DNA of 63,693 nucleotides, counting the filler, from Lama guanicoe (lineage: Eukaryota): the NCBI GenBank assembly GCA_013239625.1. It is 190 parts of 190 records of this genome, joined end to end, with 100 filler letters (N's around TTAATTAATTAA, not from the genome) between each part and the next. Parts side by side here need not be neighbours in the genome. Positions count along the whole stretch, not along the records: positions 11,726 to 11,960 come from PNXV01045211.1; positions 12,061 to 12,295 come from PNXV01045212.1; positions 12,396 to 12,631 come from PNXV01045213.1; positions 12,732 to 12,966 come from PNXV01045214.1; positions 13,067 to 13,302 come from PNXV01045215.1; positions 13,403 to 13,638 come from PNXV01045216.1; positions 13,739 to 13,973 come from PNXV01045217.1; positions 14,074 to 14,309 come from PNXV01045218.1; 182 more parts are not named here. One strand, written 5' to 3'. The translations under genes were made by a program, and so were the position numbers. The stretch's first letter is position 1. Each line of letters starts with the position of its first letter. This document shows, piece by piece, positions 11,805 through 24,386 of the stretch. Below the pieces are notes generated by a model. The model worked only from the letters and a program-made list of their open reading frames with translations, searched no databases and was not told the DNA's origin.

Positions 11805-11945
11805 AAATTAGCCTACCCAGGTCAAAGCCTAGTGCCACCACTTACCAGCTTATGACCCTGAACGGGAGCCTTGAGTTTCCCATCTGTAAAATGAGAGTAA
11901 TCATAGCGGCTCCTTTTTGGAGCCGTTGTAAAGGTGAAATGAGCA
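11805..11945 (+). mobile_element. MIR SINE fragment
   Basis: tgccaccacttaccagcttatgaccctg...agtttcccatctgtaaaatgagagtaatcatag. Confidence 0.75.
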
Positions 11946-12759
11946 AAGGCACACAAAACCNNNNNNNNNNNNNNNNNNNNNNNNNNNNNNNNNNNNNNNN
12001 NNNNTTAATTAATTAANNNNNNNNNNNNNNNNNNNNNNNNNNNNNNNNNNNNNNNNNNNNGACGGTGGGGAGCTGGCCAGGAGATGCACAAGTTTTTACT
12101 CAACGATAAATGATTTGATATGATAGACATACAGTGGAGCTGTCAGGGTTCATCAGACTGGAGTCACTGGCATAAGTCAGTGTAAGGCCACAGGGCTGGC
12201 TGAGCTTCTCAAGGGATACTGTACAAACAGAGCTGAAAAAAGGGTTAGATGTTACTCTTTAATTTGAGATATTATCTTAAGAGCTGTAGAGGCACNNNNN
12301 NNNNNNNNNNNNNNNNNNNNNNNNNNNNNNNNNNNNNNNTTAATTAATTAANNNNNNNNNNNNNNNNNNNNNNNNNNNNNNNNNNNNNNNNNNNNAACAA
12401 CTGGTGGGGGAAGGACCGGATGGACCGTCAGGGGCACCCACAACCAGGGCAGCGTTGGCATTCGACATGACGACTGGTGTTACTGTCGTGGTATGAAGTG
12501 GCGCCCCGGGCATGCAGACGTCTCCAAGAGGGCAGTACACACGCTTAACAGACAATGAGAGGAAAGGTGGGGAGACCCAGAGAGAGGCCAAAGGTGGCCA
12601 CTGAATGGTACTGGGGGGCAAGGAAGCCAATNNNNNNNNNNNNNNNNNNNNNNNNNNNNNNNNNNNNNNNNNNNNTTAATTAATTAANNNNNNNNNNNNN
12701 NNNNNNNNNNNNNNNNNNNNNNNNNNNNNNNTGTATCTGTGTATGCCTCCAGCCAGCCA

Positions 12760-12966
12760 GCCATTCACCATATCTATCTATTCAACTGTCAGTCATCTGT
12801 CTGTCTACCTAACATATATCTATGCATGAATCCATACATCTATCCATCTACACATCCATCCATCCATCTACCCATCCATCCATCTATCCATCCATCCATC
12901 CATACATCCATCTACTCATCCATCCATCTACCCATCCATCCATCCATCTACCCATCCATCCATCCA
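12760..12966. repeat. (CCAT)n/(CATC)n degenerate tetranucleotide repeat
   Basis: Directly visible catccatccatc array. Confidence 0.95.
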
Positions 12967-15900
12967 NNNNNNNNNNNNNNNNNNNNNNNNNNNNNNNNNN
13001 NNNNNNNNNNTTAATTAATTAANNNNNNNNNNNNNNNNNNNNNNNNNNNNNNNNNNNNNNNNNNNNGAGCTTCCCATTTATCTGAATGGTTTAAAAAACT
13101 TAAGAAGCACAAGTCATTGATACACGTATTGATTCCTTCTGAGCTTAGGGTTTCTTGTCTTTGCAAATCTATGACTAAACAGTAACCCGGTCAACAGTGA
13201 GCAGTGTGAAAAAGAAGGCAGCACTGGTCACAAAACGGGTATTATACTCAATCTTGGAATATGTATCTTCTCTGTAGAAGTGGAAATATTAATTTGAGGG
13301 AGNNNNNNNNNNNNNNNNNNNNNNNNNNNNNNNNNNNNNNNNNNNNTTAATTAATTAANNNNNNNNNNNNNNNNNNNNNNNNNNNNNNNNNNNNNNNNNN
13401 NNGACGGTGGTGAACACAGCTATCCCAGAGTCGGGTCAGTGGCAATGTTCATGTCACTTTGGTGTCATTGCAACGGAAGAATAAGGCACGTTCAGGCACC
13501 AGAGCAATATCACGTATCACGATGAGGGAGGTCGAAGTCCTCTGGAATGCCTCATGCTGTCAAAGGAGGTCAAGTGTCCACATACCGGACCCCTGTGGCC
13601 AACTCTCCTCGAGCCACATCGAACTTCAAGCCACGTTGNNNNNNNNNNNNNNNNNNNNNNNNNNNNNNNNNNNNNNNNNNNNTTAATTAATTAANNNNNN
13701 NNNNNNNNNNNNNNNNNNNNNNNNNNNNNNNNNNNNNNTAGGCACAGGGGTGACCAAGAGGTTTAAGTTCACAAATAGCTGGACGGGGAAAAGGAAGATA
13801 GGAAGAATTGGTCTTCAGCTCAACCTAACAGGTATTTTGGATAATACATTTACTTACACTAAGCCCTGAGCATCACGTCTTGTGCATAATGCACATTCTA
13901 TCTGGGTGACAGTTCCCCTCTTTTCCATCCAGCACCTCTTGAGAGGGAGGGACACATTTTATTTACCTTGGCTNNNNNNNNNNNNNNNNNNNNNNNNNNN
14001 NNNNNNNNNNNNNNNNNTTAATTAATTAANNNNNNNNNNNNNNNNNNNNNNNNNNNNNNNNNNNNNNNNNNNNGTCAATTATACCTCAATTAAAAAAATT
14101 AAGTATATTAAAAAGACCTGCAGGATATTTAAAAAAAAATGGTAACACTTGTTGTTTCCAGATATGATGGGTAAAAGACATATTTTATTTTCTCTTTTTT
14201 AAATTTTATCTTCTCTCCATCATATGTTCATATTACTTGTGTAACTGAGAAGAAATGTCGCAGCTGATTTCGCTTCCTCTCGTCCTAAAATCTTTCCTCT
14301 CTTTCAGTCNNNNNNNNNNNNNNNNNNNNNNNNNNNNNNNNNNNNNNNNNNNNTTAATTAATTAANNNNNNNNNNNNNNNNNNNNNNNNNNNNNNNNNNN
14401 NNNNNNNNNAGTATGAGCAAAGCAAGCCACAGAAGTGATAACTAAAGCTGCAACTACCCAGGAGACTGGGAAAATGTGCACATATGAAAGGAAACTGGAT
14501 TAATTAGCACAAATAAATTTTATGTTTAATGAAATAAATAGGAGTTTTGCTTATTTAAATACAGTGATATGAAAAAGTAATTGAAGACTTAGTTTTCTAT
14601 TTTGTTCTCTGAAACAAGAATAATTTTTTTTAACTTCCTTCCATTNNNNNNNNNNNNNNNNNNNNNNNNNNNNNNNNNNNNNNNNNNNNTTAATTAATTA
14701 ANNNNNNNNNNNNNNNNNNNNNNNNNNNNNNNNNNNNNNNNNNNNTGTGGTCACTGAGCCAGCGCTGAGTAACCCCAGCCCCTCGGCCACCCTGGGTGTC
14801 CTTCCAGTCTGCAGGTGTCACCTTCCTCAGTCCAAACACAAACAGCCCAGCAGGAGGCAGAAGGCAAGGATTCCAGAGAGAGGCAGGACCAAGCGTGTGG
14901 TGCAGGCTGGACACCAAGGCTCACAGGAAACACCTAAGAAAGTGCTGAAAATATGAAGGCAAGTCTATGGATGCATGTTCANNNNNNNNNNNNNNNNNNN
15001 NNNNNNNNNNNNNNNNNNNNNNNNNTTAATTAATTAANNNNNNNNNNNNNNNNNNNNNNNNNNNNNNNNNNNNNNNNNNNNGCTCTGCACAAGGGCTGGG
15101 TCGCTGGCTCCAAGGGTACATGGTCTTCCCTGGGGGTGTCTGCCCATCACGCCAGCACCAGGACCCTAGTGGACAGCTGGACTGTAGGGTGAGGGCCCCG
15201 TTCCCAGAAGGACATGGATGTTTTTGCTGTTTCCCTCCCAGTGGCACAACTGTAAGCCCTTTATTCCAGGTTTGGAAACACACTTCTTGTCTAAGCAGCA
15301 AAGCATCCATCCCTGCCNNNNNNNNNNNNNNNNNNNNNNNNNNNNNNNNNNNNNNNNNNNNTTAATTAATTAANNNNNNNNNNNNNNNNNNNNNNNNNNN
15401 NNNNNNNNNNNNNNNNNGATTAATATGAGGAATTTAACATAAACTGGGAAGAAATCCTGAGGCAGGAGGGAAAAAAAGCCTCCTCCACACCCATTTAAAA
15501 AATGAAAAAAAAAATTCATTTGTATATTTATAATTTTTTTTTCAAAAAAAGATAATTCAGTTCTTTGAATGAGCAACCAAATTCTATAAATAATCAAAAT
15601 AATATATTGTCCTTCTGGGTATATATCCTGAGGGAACTCAAATGCAAAAAGATNNNNNNNNNNNNNNNNNNNNNNNNNNNNNNNNNNNNNNNNNNNNTTA
15701 ATTAATTAANNNNNNNNNNNNNNNNNNNNNNNNNNNNNNNNNNNNNNNNNNNNATGTGTTAAAGTTATATGTATTTATCACAGTTATTATTTCATAGTAT
15801 AAAAATATTTTAATGTTAATTATGAAACTTCAAACAAACAAGAGCACAGGACTAATAGTCACTTATGTACTAACTAGCCAGATGGAGTAAGAGAAATGTC

Positions 15901-16444
15901 ATGAGAAATGAATTCTTTTTTCTGTTTCCTCCTCAAATACGTCACTTTTAAGTAAATATTTCTTCCACATATGAAAATGACAAAAATAANNNNNNNNNNN
16001 NNNNNNNNNNNNNNNNNNNNNNNNNNNNNNNNNTTAATTAATTAANNNNNNNNNNNNNNNNNNNNNNNNNNNNNNNNNNNNNNNNNNNNTTCTCAGAATT
16101 CTCAATGGCAACAGTGGTGTTTGAAATAAGCTTACAAAATTGAGTGTTGGAAATCTTAGTAAAATGAGATATTTTATTTGGCAAACCAATGAAACAGTTT
16201 CATGTACTGGTCCTGAGTGGGGATAAGCAGATCATTGAAGGCATATATTGCTCAGCACATTTATGCAGACTTTTACATGTGATTATTATTTAAATTTGTA
16301 TGGTTTTTCTTTGAGGCAATTTTTTNNNNNNNNNNNNNNNNNNNNNNNNNNNNNNNNNNNNNNNNNNNNTTAATTAATTAANNNNNNNNNNNNNNNNNNN
16401 NNNNNNNNNNNNNNNNNNNNNNNNNATTATTAATGGTGTGTATC

Positions 16445-16545
16445 AGTGTACAAACCAGAGTCCTGTTTTCATGGAGTTTACAGTCTAGTGTAAGGCAAAT
16501 GATAAATTAGATTATGTGATAAGTGCTATGAAGAAATATAAATAT
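16445..16545 (-). mobile_element. L2 LINE 3' fragment
   Basis: gtcctgttttcatggagtttacagtctagtg...gtgataagtgctatgaagaaa. Confidence 0.65.
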
Positions 16546-17834
16546 CAGATAAATCGGGGAAATACCAGATAAAGAGTGATAATTTTTACTAATAATCATT
16601 CATACATTAAACGTAAACCAAGTCTCCTCTTTCCATCTCTGTTCTACTTCAGTCTCTTTGGNNNNNNNNNNNNNNNNNNNNNNNNNNNNNNNNNNNNNNN
16701 NNNNNTTAATTAATTAANNNNNNNNNNNNNNNNNNNNNNNNNNNNNNNNNNNNNNNNNNNNCAATTTTTGACAGTCTCTACGGAGACTGAATCTTGGTGT
16801 TTTAAAGGAAAGCTTGAGAGTGGGTTCTTACAGTTCTTGTTTTTGTGAGATAAACCAGCCCTCGTTTTTAGTGAGTTGTGGTAATTACTTAACTCGTAAA
16901 AAGAAAAACAGCAGTAGTTGAAATAAGTAATTATCTTTCTTTATTCCTAAGTGTAGCGTAGCTACTTTGTCACTGTGGTCATCCCTATTGCTGATTGNNN
17001 NNNNNNNNNNNNNNNNNNNNNNNNNNNNNNNNNNNNNNNNNTTAATTAATTAANNNNNNNNNNNNNNNNNNNNNNNNNNNNNNNNNNNNNNNNNNNNGAA
17101 ACTACTCTTGAGCACATTTTGGTGCTTCCTGTGAGCCTTAAGCTAGAGAAATTGGGCGAGTTGTTGTTATAGCTTTGTCATTTTTGCGGTGTATGGTCTT
17201 GAGTAAATAATTTCGTTTCTTGATCTTCTCCAATTCTGACACCCACCCACGACTGCTACTTAGGAGAGATTACACAACACAGTGAAATAATGCACCTGCC
17301 TGTTTGGCTCGCATCACCTGCATTGTCGAACAGNNNNNNNNNNNNNNNNNNNNNNNNNNNNNNNNNNNNNNNNNNNNTTAATTAATTAANNNNNNNNNNN
17401 NNNNNNNNNNNNNNNNNNNNNNNNNNNNNNNNNATTCCTTAAAATTATTTACCTTAATTTCTTAAAAAGATCTTTTCATAAGATATCAAAGCATCTTATT
17501 TTTTCAGAGACAGGCAGCATTTTATCTTTATAAGTAAAGGATAAGTGACCAAGATGAAGATGCTTACTTTTTCATAATCATAGCTTTGGAAGGTCATTTC
17601 ACCCCAAAATTCTTCAGGGAAATAAAAGCTGACCAGAAATGTGTCAGTGGAAATAGGTAGGTGCACTGCNNNNNNNNNNNNNNNNNNNNNNNNNNNNNNN
17701 NNNNNNNNNNNNNTTAATTAATTAANNNNNNNNNNNNNNNNNNNNNNNNNNNNNNNNNNNNNNNNNNNNAATAATGAAAGTGTTAGAAATAATAGCTTAG
17801 TTAATTTATCCTATAATTCTGCACTGGATTTCTT

Positions 17835-18004
17835 TTTTTAAATTTTTATTGAAGTACAGTCAGTTTACCATATTCGGACAATTTCTGGTGTACAGCACAG
17901 TACTTCAGCCACTTAGGAACATACACATATCCGTTTTCAAATTCTTTTCCACCATGTTACTACAAGATATTGAATATGGTTCCCGGTGCTATGTAGTATG
18001 AAAT
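17835..18004 (-). mobile_element. L1 3' terminus
   Basis: T-rich tail followed by attgaagtacagtcagtttac...tttctggtgtacagca...ttgaatatggttcccggtgctat. Confidence 0.88.
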
Positions 18005-19448
18005 NNNNNNNNNNNNNNNNNNNNNNNNNNNNNNNNNNNNNNNNNNNNTTAATTAATTAANNNNNNNNNNNNNNNNNNNNNNNNNNNNNNNNNNNNNNNN
18101 NNNNAACCTTAGACAATGTGGCTGCAGAAATGTTTGTAAACATAATGCAGAAGTTAACTTAGTCAAGTTCCAAACATATTCACCTTACTTAAAACCAAAG
18201 CAAGGAGCAACAAGTTGCTAGGGACTCTCCAGTAATTTTTATTTCATCACATTTCTGTATGGATAGGAAATCCACACAAAGAGATTAAAACAAATATAAT
18301 GCCTTTTAAAGTATCTAAATTCCTTGAGAATTCAAAGGAGNNNNNNNNNNNNNNNNNNNNNNNNNNNNNNNNNNNNNNNNNNNNTTAATTAATTAANNNN
18401 NNNNNNNNNNNNNNNNNNNNNNNNNNNNNNNNNNNNNNNNGTCAGAATGAGAGCCCATTTGAACAAGTAATCTCATGCAGGCAAGGTAGAGGCAGTCTGC
18501 AGGCAACCAGATGACATCTTCACACACGTCCTCTCATTTAGAAACACTGCCGTTAATAGACCAGATGACCTTCTATTATAAAAACCTGAGGCGATCCTGA
18601 AGTCTCTGAAAAACCCATCACGAGGTAGAACTTCAGATGAAAAATACGTTTGTAAACGCAACTTGAGACAGTAAAANNNNNNNNNNNNNNNNNNNNNNNN
18701 NNNNNNNNNNNNNNNNNNNNTTAATTAATTAANNNNNNNNNNNNNNNNNNNNNNNNNNNNNNNNNNNNNNNNNNNNCTTAAGCACACTTCTGGACTATCC
18801 TGAAATAATTAAAATAAACAATATACGCGTCTGGGAAGTCAGAAAGCTGTGTTGCTGGCCTTCACGTCATAACTGAGGATGAACTCTGTTCTCCCAACTG
18901 ACCTTCACGTGAGGACAGAGCCCCACAGGGTCGTTTGCCACCATTGCTGGCCCTCCAATGACATAGCATGTGGGGCATTTTGAGGAATGTCCTAGGAATG
19001 AGAACCTATGATNNNNNNNNNNNNNNNNNNNNNNNNNNNNNNNNNNNNNNNNNNNNTTAATTAATTAANNNNNNNNNNNNNNNNNNNNNNNNNNNNNNNN
19101 NNNNNNNNNNNNGAAGTCTTCATAAAAAGCAAAGATCTTTATATGGACAAAATGTGAAAGACATTGTAGGGAAAAGAAATCAGCTATAAAAAATGTTAGT
19201 ATTAGAAATGACTTAACATTTAAAAACATATGTTTTGAGATTTAATTCATATACCATAAAACTCACCCTTTTAAAGCACATATTCCAGTATTTTTTAGTA
19301 TATTCATGCAAACATCATCACAATCTAAGTTTAAAACATGCTTATCATNNNNNNNNNNNNNNNNNNNNNNNNNNNNNNNNNNNNNNNNNNNNTTAATTAA
19401 TTAANNNNNNNNNNNNNNNNNNNNNNNNNNNNNNNNNNNNNNNNNNNN

Positions 19449-19632
19449 GGGGCTACTCCTGCCTTCAGACTCAGACTTCGACTCAGACTGGGACTTACAC
19501 CTTTGCTTCCGCTTCTCAGGCCTCTGGACTAGGACCACATGCCATTGGCTCTCCTGGGTCTTCAGCTTGCTGACTGCAGATCTTGTGACTTCTCAGCCTC
19601 CGTAATCACGTGAGCCAATTCCTTATGACCAA
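19449..19632 (+). mobile_element. MLT2-type (ERVL) LTR fragment
   Basis: tctcctgggtcttcagcttgctgactgcagatcttgtgacttctcagcctccgtaatcacgtgagccaattccttat. Confidence 0.85.
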
Positions 19633-20120
19633 TCTCTGTAGATTTCTCTGTATAAGCTTAATACAATGAGCAGCCTCTTTTATANNNNNNNNNNNNNNNN
19701 NNNNNNNNNNNNNNNNNNNNNNNNNNNNTTAATTAATTAANNNNNNNNNNNNNNNNNNNNNNNNNNNNNNNNNNNNNNNNNNNNCCAAACCCTCAAGCAA
19801 TAATTTAACATGTAATGCAATTTCATTTTACTTATGAGTTTTTCTATGCTATAGAAACGTAAAGTGTATTTACTTTGCTTTCAATAAATGGCACTGGTAA
19901 CACAGAGAAAAACGTCAGCTCTGTCCAATAAAATTTCAAATGATGTCCAGAATACTCTTCTCCTAGCCTGTACCATTTTCCAATCAAAAGGGATTTTTGA
20001 AAATAGAACCATAAGTTTAANNNNNNNNNNNNNNNNNNNNNNNNNNNNNNNNNNNNNNNNNNNNTTAATTAATTAANNNNNNNNNNNNNNNNNNNNNNNN
20101 NNNNNNNNNNNNNNNNNNNN

Positions 20121-20354
20121 GTAAGCCAGAAAGAGAAAGAAAAATACCATATGATATCACGCATATGTGTATTCTTAAAAAAAAAGCCACAAATGAACTC
20201 ATTTACAAAACAAAACCAGACTCACTGACATAGAAAACAAACTTAGGATTACCAGAGGGGAAAGGGGATGGAAAGGAATAAATTGGGGGTTCGAGATTTG
20301 CAAATTTAAAATAGATAAAAAACAAATTTCTTCTGTATAGCACAGGGAACTATA
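20121..20354 (+). mobile_element. L1 3' UTR fragment
   Basis: gtaagccagaaagagaaagaaaaataccatatgatatcac...gacatagaaaacaaactt...ctgtatagcacagggaactata. Confidence 0.92.
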
Positions 20355-21477
20355 NNNNNNNNNNNNNNNNNNNNNNNNNNNNNNNNNNNNNNNNNNNNTT
20401 AATTAATTAANNNNNNNNNNNNNNNNNNNNNNNNNNNNNNNNNNNNNNNNNNNNGAATTCAGTTATTCCAGGAGTTTGGGCTCAACTATGCTGGAATTTA
20501 ACCAGGACAGGTTTTAGAAAGCAATTTAATTTAAGACGTTAATTTGGTCATATTTGCCTTATTGAGTTAATGGATGCAAAAATCAAAATACTCCCTAGAC
20601 TGTCTGTAAATCGAAGCAAGACACCAGAATGTTGAAAAGACTGTAGCAGGGGAGAGATCATCTAGATTTTTATTTTGCCTGGAAAACAAANNNNNNNNNN
20701 NNNNNNNNNNNNNNNNNNNNNNNNNNNNNNNNNNTTAATTAATTAANNNNNNNNNNNNNNNNNNNNNNNNNNNNNNNNNNNNNNNNNNNNCTCTTTGATC
20801 AGGATACCTGCTAGAACCACCCTGCAGTACTCCCAAGTTCTGGCCTCTTCTGCACACCCTGTTCAGATGCACCATATTCTGCACACATGACACAAAGAAG
20901 GAACATCCACTTAGCACTTCATGGTTTACAAAGTGCTTTATGACACGTATCTTTTCTCTTCCTCACAATATCCTTATGAGGTAGATAGTGCAGTATTTTA
21001 CAAATGATGAAGCTGAGAATTAAAGANNNNNNNNNNNNNNNNNNNNNNNNNNNNNNNNNNNNNNNNNNNNTTAATTAATTAANNNNNNNNNNNNNNNNNN
21101 NNNNNNNNNNNNNNNNNNNNNNNNNNCTCTGCAGCCAGCCTGTGTCAGGAAACCAAGAAATGAGACGTGGCTTCTCTGCTGGACGTTGAGTCCCACAGAT
21201 CTTTCAGCTCTGCCTCTTGTCAGCCTTTCCCTGAGGACGGACAGTCAGCAGCACAGGGAGGTGAGCCTGATGCACGCAAAGCGGACATGGCCCTGAATCC
21301 AAGTTCCCATCGCGTGCAGATACCGTGCCTTCAGGCTCCTGGCGAGCTCTGGCCCTCCTGGCNNNNNNNNNNNNNNNNNNNNNNNNNNNNNNNNNNNNNN
21401 NNNNNNTTAATTAATTAANNNNNNNNNNNNNNNNNNNNNNNNNNNNNNNNNNNNNNNNNNNNGGAGGTGGCGGGAGG

Positions 21478-21592
21478 GGGTGGATCTTGGCTGTATTTTG
21501 AAGGTGGAGCCAACGGGGTTGGCCTGTGGCTTGACAGTGAGGTGAAGAAAGGAAAAAGGGAAGCTTCAGGGATGACTGCCGGGTTCCTGGGT
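21478..21592 (-). mobile_element. L2 LINE fragment
   Basis: tggatcttggctgtattttgaaggtggagccaacggggttggcc...ggatgactgccgggttcctgg. Confidence 0.7.
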
Positions 21593-21798
21593 GTCACACT
21601 GGTGCTCCATGTGTGCCTCCCCATGGCAACGTGAGCTCCTCAAGGTGGGAACAGCATCCGTCCACCTCGGCAGCACTGCACAGAGCTAGGCCCATCAANN
21701 NNNNNNNNNNNNNNNNNNNNNNNNNNNNNNNNNNNNNNNNNNTTAATTAATTAANNNNNNNNNNNNNNNNNNNNNNNNNNNNNNNNNNNNNNNNNNNN

Positions 21799-22034
21799 AA
21801 GACAATGATGAAAAAACTACATATCAAAACTTATGAGACAAATAGCTAATAATTATAGAAAAAAATACTCTCAAATGCCTGTATTACAGAAAAGGGCTGA
21901 GCATCAAATAAATACACACTATACATATTAGATAAAAAATAACTATAGAATAAACCCAAAGAAAATAAGAGGAAAATACATTTAGAAAGAAAGCAGAAAT
22001 GAACAACATAGAAAATAAAGGCACAACTATGAAA
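21799..22034 (+). mobile_element. Degenerate L1 ORF2 fragment
   Basis: actacatatcaaaacttatgagac...aaatgcctgtatta...aaacccaaagaaa...agcagaaatgaacaacatagaaaa (TTYQNLWD...A.I region). Confidence 0.75.
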
Positions 22035-22470
22035 NNNNNNNNNNNNNNNNNNNNNNNNNNNNNNNNNNNNNNNNNNNNTTAATTAATTAANNNNNNNNNN
22101 NNNNNNNNNNNNNNNNNNNNNNNNNNNNNNNNNNCCCTTGCATCTCTAAATTAAAATGACAGTTTGCTTCAGATTCTCCTTAAGTATAAAAAGCAGTTAT
22201 ATAAGTCAGTTTACTCAAAGTAGCAGATATGAAAATAACTAGAAACCAGTTAGTAGTCTGTGCCTTCTTGATTCTGGGAGAATAAAAACAGACTTTTTGT
22301 GCTCAAACTTCGGCTTGCTCTTGAATCACCTCAGAGCTTCACTCCTAGAAATTTTAATTTAGTAAACTGGNNNNNNNNNNNNNNNNNNNNNNNNNNNNNN
22401 NNNNNNNNNNNNNNTTAATTAATTAANNNNNNNNNNNNNNNNNNNNNNNNNNNNNNNNNNNNNNNNNNNN

Positions 22471-22706
22471 TTTTATAATTTATTTCCAGTATTGTGTTAG
22501 TTTCAGGTGTACAGAGCAGTGATTCACTTATTTGCTGTTGAGATTATTTAACACTGTAGTTTATTGAAAGATACTGAATATAGTTCCTTGTGCTATTACA
22601 GCTCATCCTTGTTTATCCGTTTTGTATATTGTGGTTTGTACCTGCAAATCCCAACTCCTAATGTATCCCTCCCCGCCTTTCCCCTTTGGTAGCTGTAAGT
22701 TTGTTC
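22471..22706 (-). mobile_element. L1 3' terminus
   Basis: attgtgttagtttcaggtgtacag...gaatatagttccttgtgctat...ttcccctttggtag. Confidence 0.85.
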
Positions 22707-22806
22707 NNNNNNNNNNNNNNNNNNNNNNNNNNNNNNNNNNNNNNNNNNNNTTAATTAATTAANNNNNNNNNNNNNNNNNNNNNNNNNNNNNNNNNNNNNN
22801 NNNNNN

Positions 22807-23042
22807 TTAGGAATAAATTTAACCAAGAAGGCAAAAGATCTATGCAGTGAAAACAGTAAGACCTTGATGGAAGAAACTGAAGACGACACAAATGGAAAGA
22901 TATCCTGTGTTCACAGAGTGGAAGAATTAATATCATTAACATGGCCATACTACCCAAAGCAACCTACAGGCTCAATGCAATCCCTATCAAGAGTCCAGTG
23001 GTACTTTTTTTTACACAAAATGGAAAAAACAATCCTAAAATT
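22807..23042 (+). mobile_element. L1 ORF2 fragment
   Basis: taggaataaatttaaccaag...atggaaagatatcctgtgttca...tactacccaaagcaacctacagg. Confidence 0.93.
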
Positions 23043-24150
23043 NNNNNNNNNNNNNNNNNNNNNNNNNNNNNNNNNNNNNNNNNNNNTTAATTAATTAANN
23101 NNNNNNNNNNNNNNNNNNNNNNNNNNNNNNNNNNNNNNNNNNGTAATCATGAAGAACAACCTTTAACGTAAAGCAAGAGGTGTAGATGGCACGACTTATC
23201 ACAATCTGACACTCTTATCTTGTTGCCCTGCATTTTAAGCCTTTATAATTAGTTCTACTTGAGCAATTGTTTTCAATTCGAATTTATAAGTTTGGCTTGT
23301 GTGCTGTAGTTTCCGTATTTTATTAATATGATATCAGAAATTTTTAGAAGCTCCTTGAGAAAGGAAGTAATTTGAAAANNNNNNNNNNNNNNNNNNNNNN
23401 NNNNNNNNNNNNNNNNNNNNNNTTAATTAATTAANNNNNNNNNNNNNNNNNNNNNNNNNNNNNNNNNNNNNNNNNNNNTGATAATGGGTGGCAAAGGGAG
23501 TCAAGAGAAGCTCTTTTTCTTTAAGAACGAGGAGCTAAAACCCTACTTACATGCCAATAAAGAAGATCTAGTAGAAAGAAAAAATATCTAAGAAAGAGAA
23601 TGAAGGGACGGTTGTGGAGTGACTCCTTCAGATACAAGGTAGGAGGCATGGCATGGGCTTGTGGCAGACTTTGTCAGGGTCCAACTCGTATGTCTCAGAA
23701 CAACCTGCCCAAGTNNNNNNNNNNNNNNNNNNNNNNNNNNNNNNNNNNNNNNNNNNNNTTAATTAATTAANNNNNNNNNNNNNNNNNNNNNNNNNNNNNN
23801 NNNNNNNNNNNNNNGCTTCCTCCTCTATAAAGTGATTTGCATAAAAATAACTTTCTTATATATTATTGTGAGGGCTAAAGAAAAATAATAATGATGAAAA
23901 TAATAAATCAAAGAATTCCACACTGGCTAGATCACATGAAAAACACTCGATAAATAAAACACACTGTATTTTGTCAGTTCTTGATTTGGACCTATTTGAG
24001 TATCTTCTGTACCCTCATAAATACATCAGTCAGTTTCTGGGAACAGAGCTNNNNNNNNNNNNNNNNNNNNNNNNNNNNNNNNNNNNNNNNNNNNTTAATT
24101 AATTAANNNNNNNNNNNNNNNNNNNNNNNNNNNNNNNNNNNNNNNNNNNN

Positions 24151-24386
24151 AGACGTAATGCAGAATCTCCACTGGAGATCATCCTGGACGATCGGTGTGA
24201 CCCTACATGTAATGATTGGTGTCCTCATAAAAGATGGAAGAGGAGACACACGGAGGAGAGGGCCGGGTGAGCCTGCCTTAAGGCAGGGAAGGCGGGAGCC
24301 ACGGGAGCTGTTGGGGGGAGGGCCTCTGGAGGGAGCGGGGTCCAGCTGACCCCTTGCTTTCAGACTTCTGGCCTCTGGAACTGCGA
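24151..24386 (+). mobile_element. MLT1-type (MaLR) LTR fragment
   Basis: gagatcatcctgga...ggtgtcctcataaaag...cctctggagggagc...ttcagacttctggcctctggaactgcga. Confidence 0.85.

Noticed and set aside
12739..13022. Pro/Ser/Ile/His repeat protein ORFs
   Set aside because: These are translations of a (CCAT)n microsatellite.
13403..13638. CpG-retaining contig that looks coding-like
   Set aside because: All minus-strand frames contain stops and the plus-strand ORF is unrecognisable, so no assignment can be supported without a search.
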